Shown here: piece by piece, positions 63,511 through 64,000 of the stretch
Layout of the letters: each line of letters opens with the position of its first letter
Numbering within the stretch: the first letter of the stretch is position 1
Source of the DNA: Chitinophagaceae bacterium
Lineage (GTDB): Bacteria > Bacteroidota > Bacteroidia > Chitinophagales > Chitinophagaceae
Direction of reading: 5' to 3'
NCBI GenBank assembly: GCA_032654705.1
Contig: JAULAZ010000003.1
Span: 2,695,571 to 2,759,570 of the forward strand
Length of the DNA stretch: 64,000 nucleotides
Translations under genes and position numbers: made by a program
The notes under the pieces: generated by a model
Databases searched by the model: none
Told to the model about the DNA's origin: nothing
What the model saw: the letters and a program-made list of their open reading frames with translations, nothing else

Positions 63511-64000
63511 TTACAATTGCTTCAGGTAACTGAGTTTGAAAATAGCATGATCTTCTGTCTGCCGTTTCATCTGTGTGTTATCAAAACCACGATGATTAAA
63601 TACAAGGTAGATATAAGACAGGGGCTGGTATTCCCATGACAACCGTATATTATAATTGTCAAGTTTGCTTTGCGAATTCTTCTGGTAAAAACCGATCAAC
63701 TGTAATCTTGGGTTCAGAGCAATGCGGCCGGAGATGCTGTACAGGTCTGCGGTTATTGATTCTTTATTATCGCCCACTTTTTTGAAATGGTTCCTGTTAA
63801 ATTGCCCTGTCACCGAAAAATGAGGCACGGGTGAAAAACGAAGGGAAATACTTACGGTATTCAGTTTGCCATTAAAATAGGAACCGGTCTCGAGGCTGGA
63901 GTTCAACCCGATTATCTTCGAAGGATCGGTGCTGTAATAATACTGGTGCCGCAAATAATGATAAGTTCCTTCAGAAATAACTATACCCAATGGTGCGAAG
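63511..64000 (-). CDS. Partial CDS (C-terminal part; the frame stays open to the window edge), beta-strand-rich hypothetical protein
   Basis: The frame remains open beyond the track start at 63990 (a TTG). It shows an alternating aromatic/polar strand pattern and ends in YLKQL. The family was not recognised with confidence. Confidence 0.45.
   Translation of the reverse strand, partial: FAPLGIVISEGTYHYLRHQYYYSTDPSKIIGLNSSLETGSYFNGKLNTVSISLRFSPVPHFSVTGQFNRNHFKKVGDNKESITADLYSISGRIALNPRLQLIGFYQKNSQSKLDNYNIRLSWEYQPLSYIYLVFNHRGFDNTQMKRQTEDHAIFKLSYLKQL

Noticed and set aside
63418-63639. 73-aa plus-strand ORF after the D-aminoacylase gene
   Set aside because: It overlaps the better-supported minus-strand partial CDS (63511-64000) and has no motif or sensible start context. 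It is probably spurious.
1-64000. Search for an integrase, transposase, IS element ends, prophage genes, CRISPR repeats or cas genes
   Set aside because: None of the ORFs of 60 aa or more shows recombinase (R..H..R..Y), DDE transposase, phage structural or Cas hallmarks, and no array of identical 25-40-nt direct repeats with spacers exists. The only mobile-looking signals are the small palindromic repeats and the ATL-tail direct repeats reported above.

Overview
This is a low-GC chromosomal segment with Bacteroidota hallmarks: an alternative complex III (actABCDEF) plus aa3/caa3-type cytochrome oxidase supercluster, TTG-N20-TAnnTTTG-type promoter architecture, signal peptides ending in AQ, and no Shine-Dalgarno sites. 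The lineage call (probably Chitinophagia or Sphingobacteriia-like) is inference only. I support about 60 protein-coding genes. They fall into these groups: a glycan-synthesis cluster (103-4170); typA, fabH, a lipid kinase and a membrane patatin; ctaA; a Tat protein and a diheme cytochrome c; rnhB; an orphan korB; an acyl-CoA dehydrogenase, MarR and a hydrolase; GT2, an ABC permease, an O-antigen-ligase-like gene and a Wzz-like gene; Lrp; an LRR protein; trmB; an alkyltransferase-like (ATL) gene; the respiratory supercluster (34177-50620); purN; and an island of secreted amide and peptide hydrolases (52846-63323). I saw no rRNA, canonical tRNA, CRISPR array, transposase or integrase. Five things are most worth a second look. 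(1) The 3' end of the ATL gene recurs four times on the same strand (29848-34161), always starting at the same point. The copies delimit three cargo modules: a DUF6922/AbiEii-like pair, a patatin-Omp85 fusion, and a small beta-barrel gene. This looks like a cassette-accretion footprint with no recombinase in view. (2) A tandem array of four uncharacterised paralogs (55720-58876) has identical first 20 nt, an MEVHAHTHT N-terminus and one TM helix. It is wedged inside the secreted hydrolase island. (3) A roughly 265-nt promoter-to-terminator structured RNA candidate (27540-27806) has a tRNA-like T-arm and a tmRNA-like 5' end. (4) A family of short GC-rich hairpin repeats occurs in intergenic gaps and also in frame inside two enzymes, reminiscent of Rickettsia palindromic elements. 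(5) A different palindromic element bridges a small membrane ORF and purN in one reading frame. All family assignments come from motifs read by eye and recollection of the families. Nothing was searched against a database.
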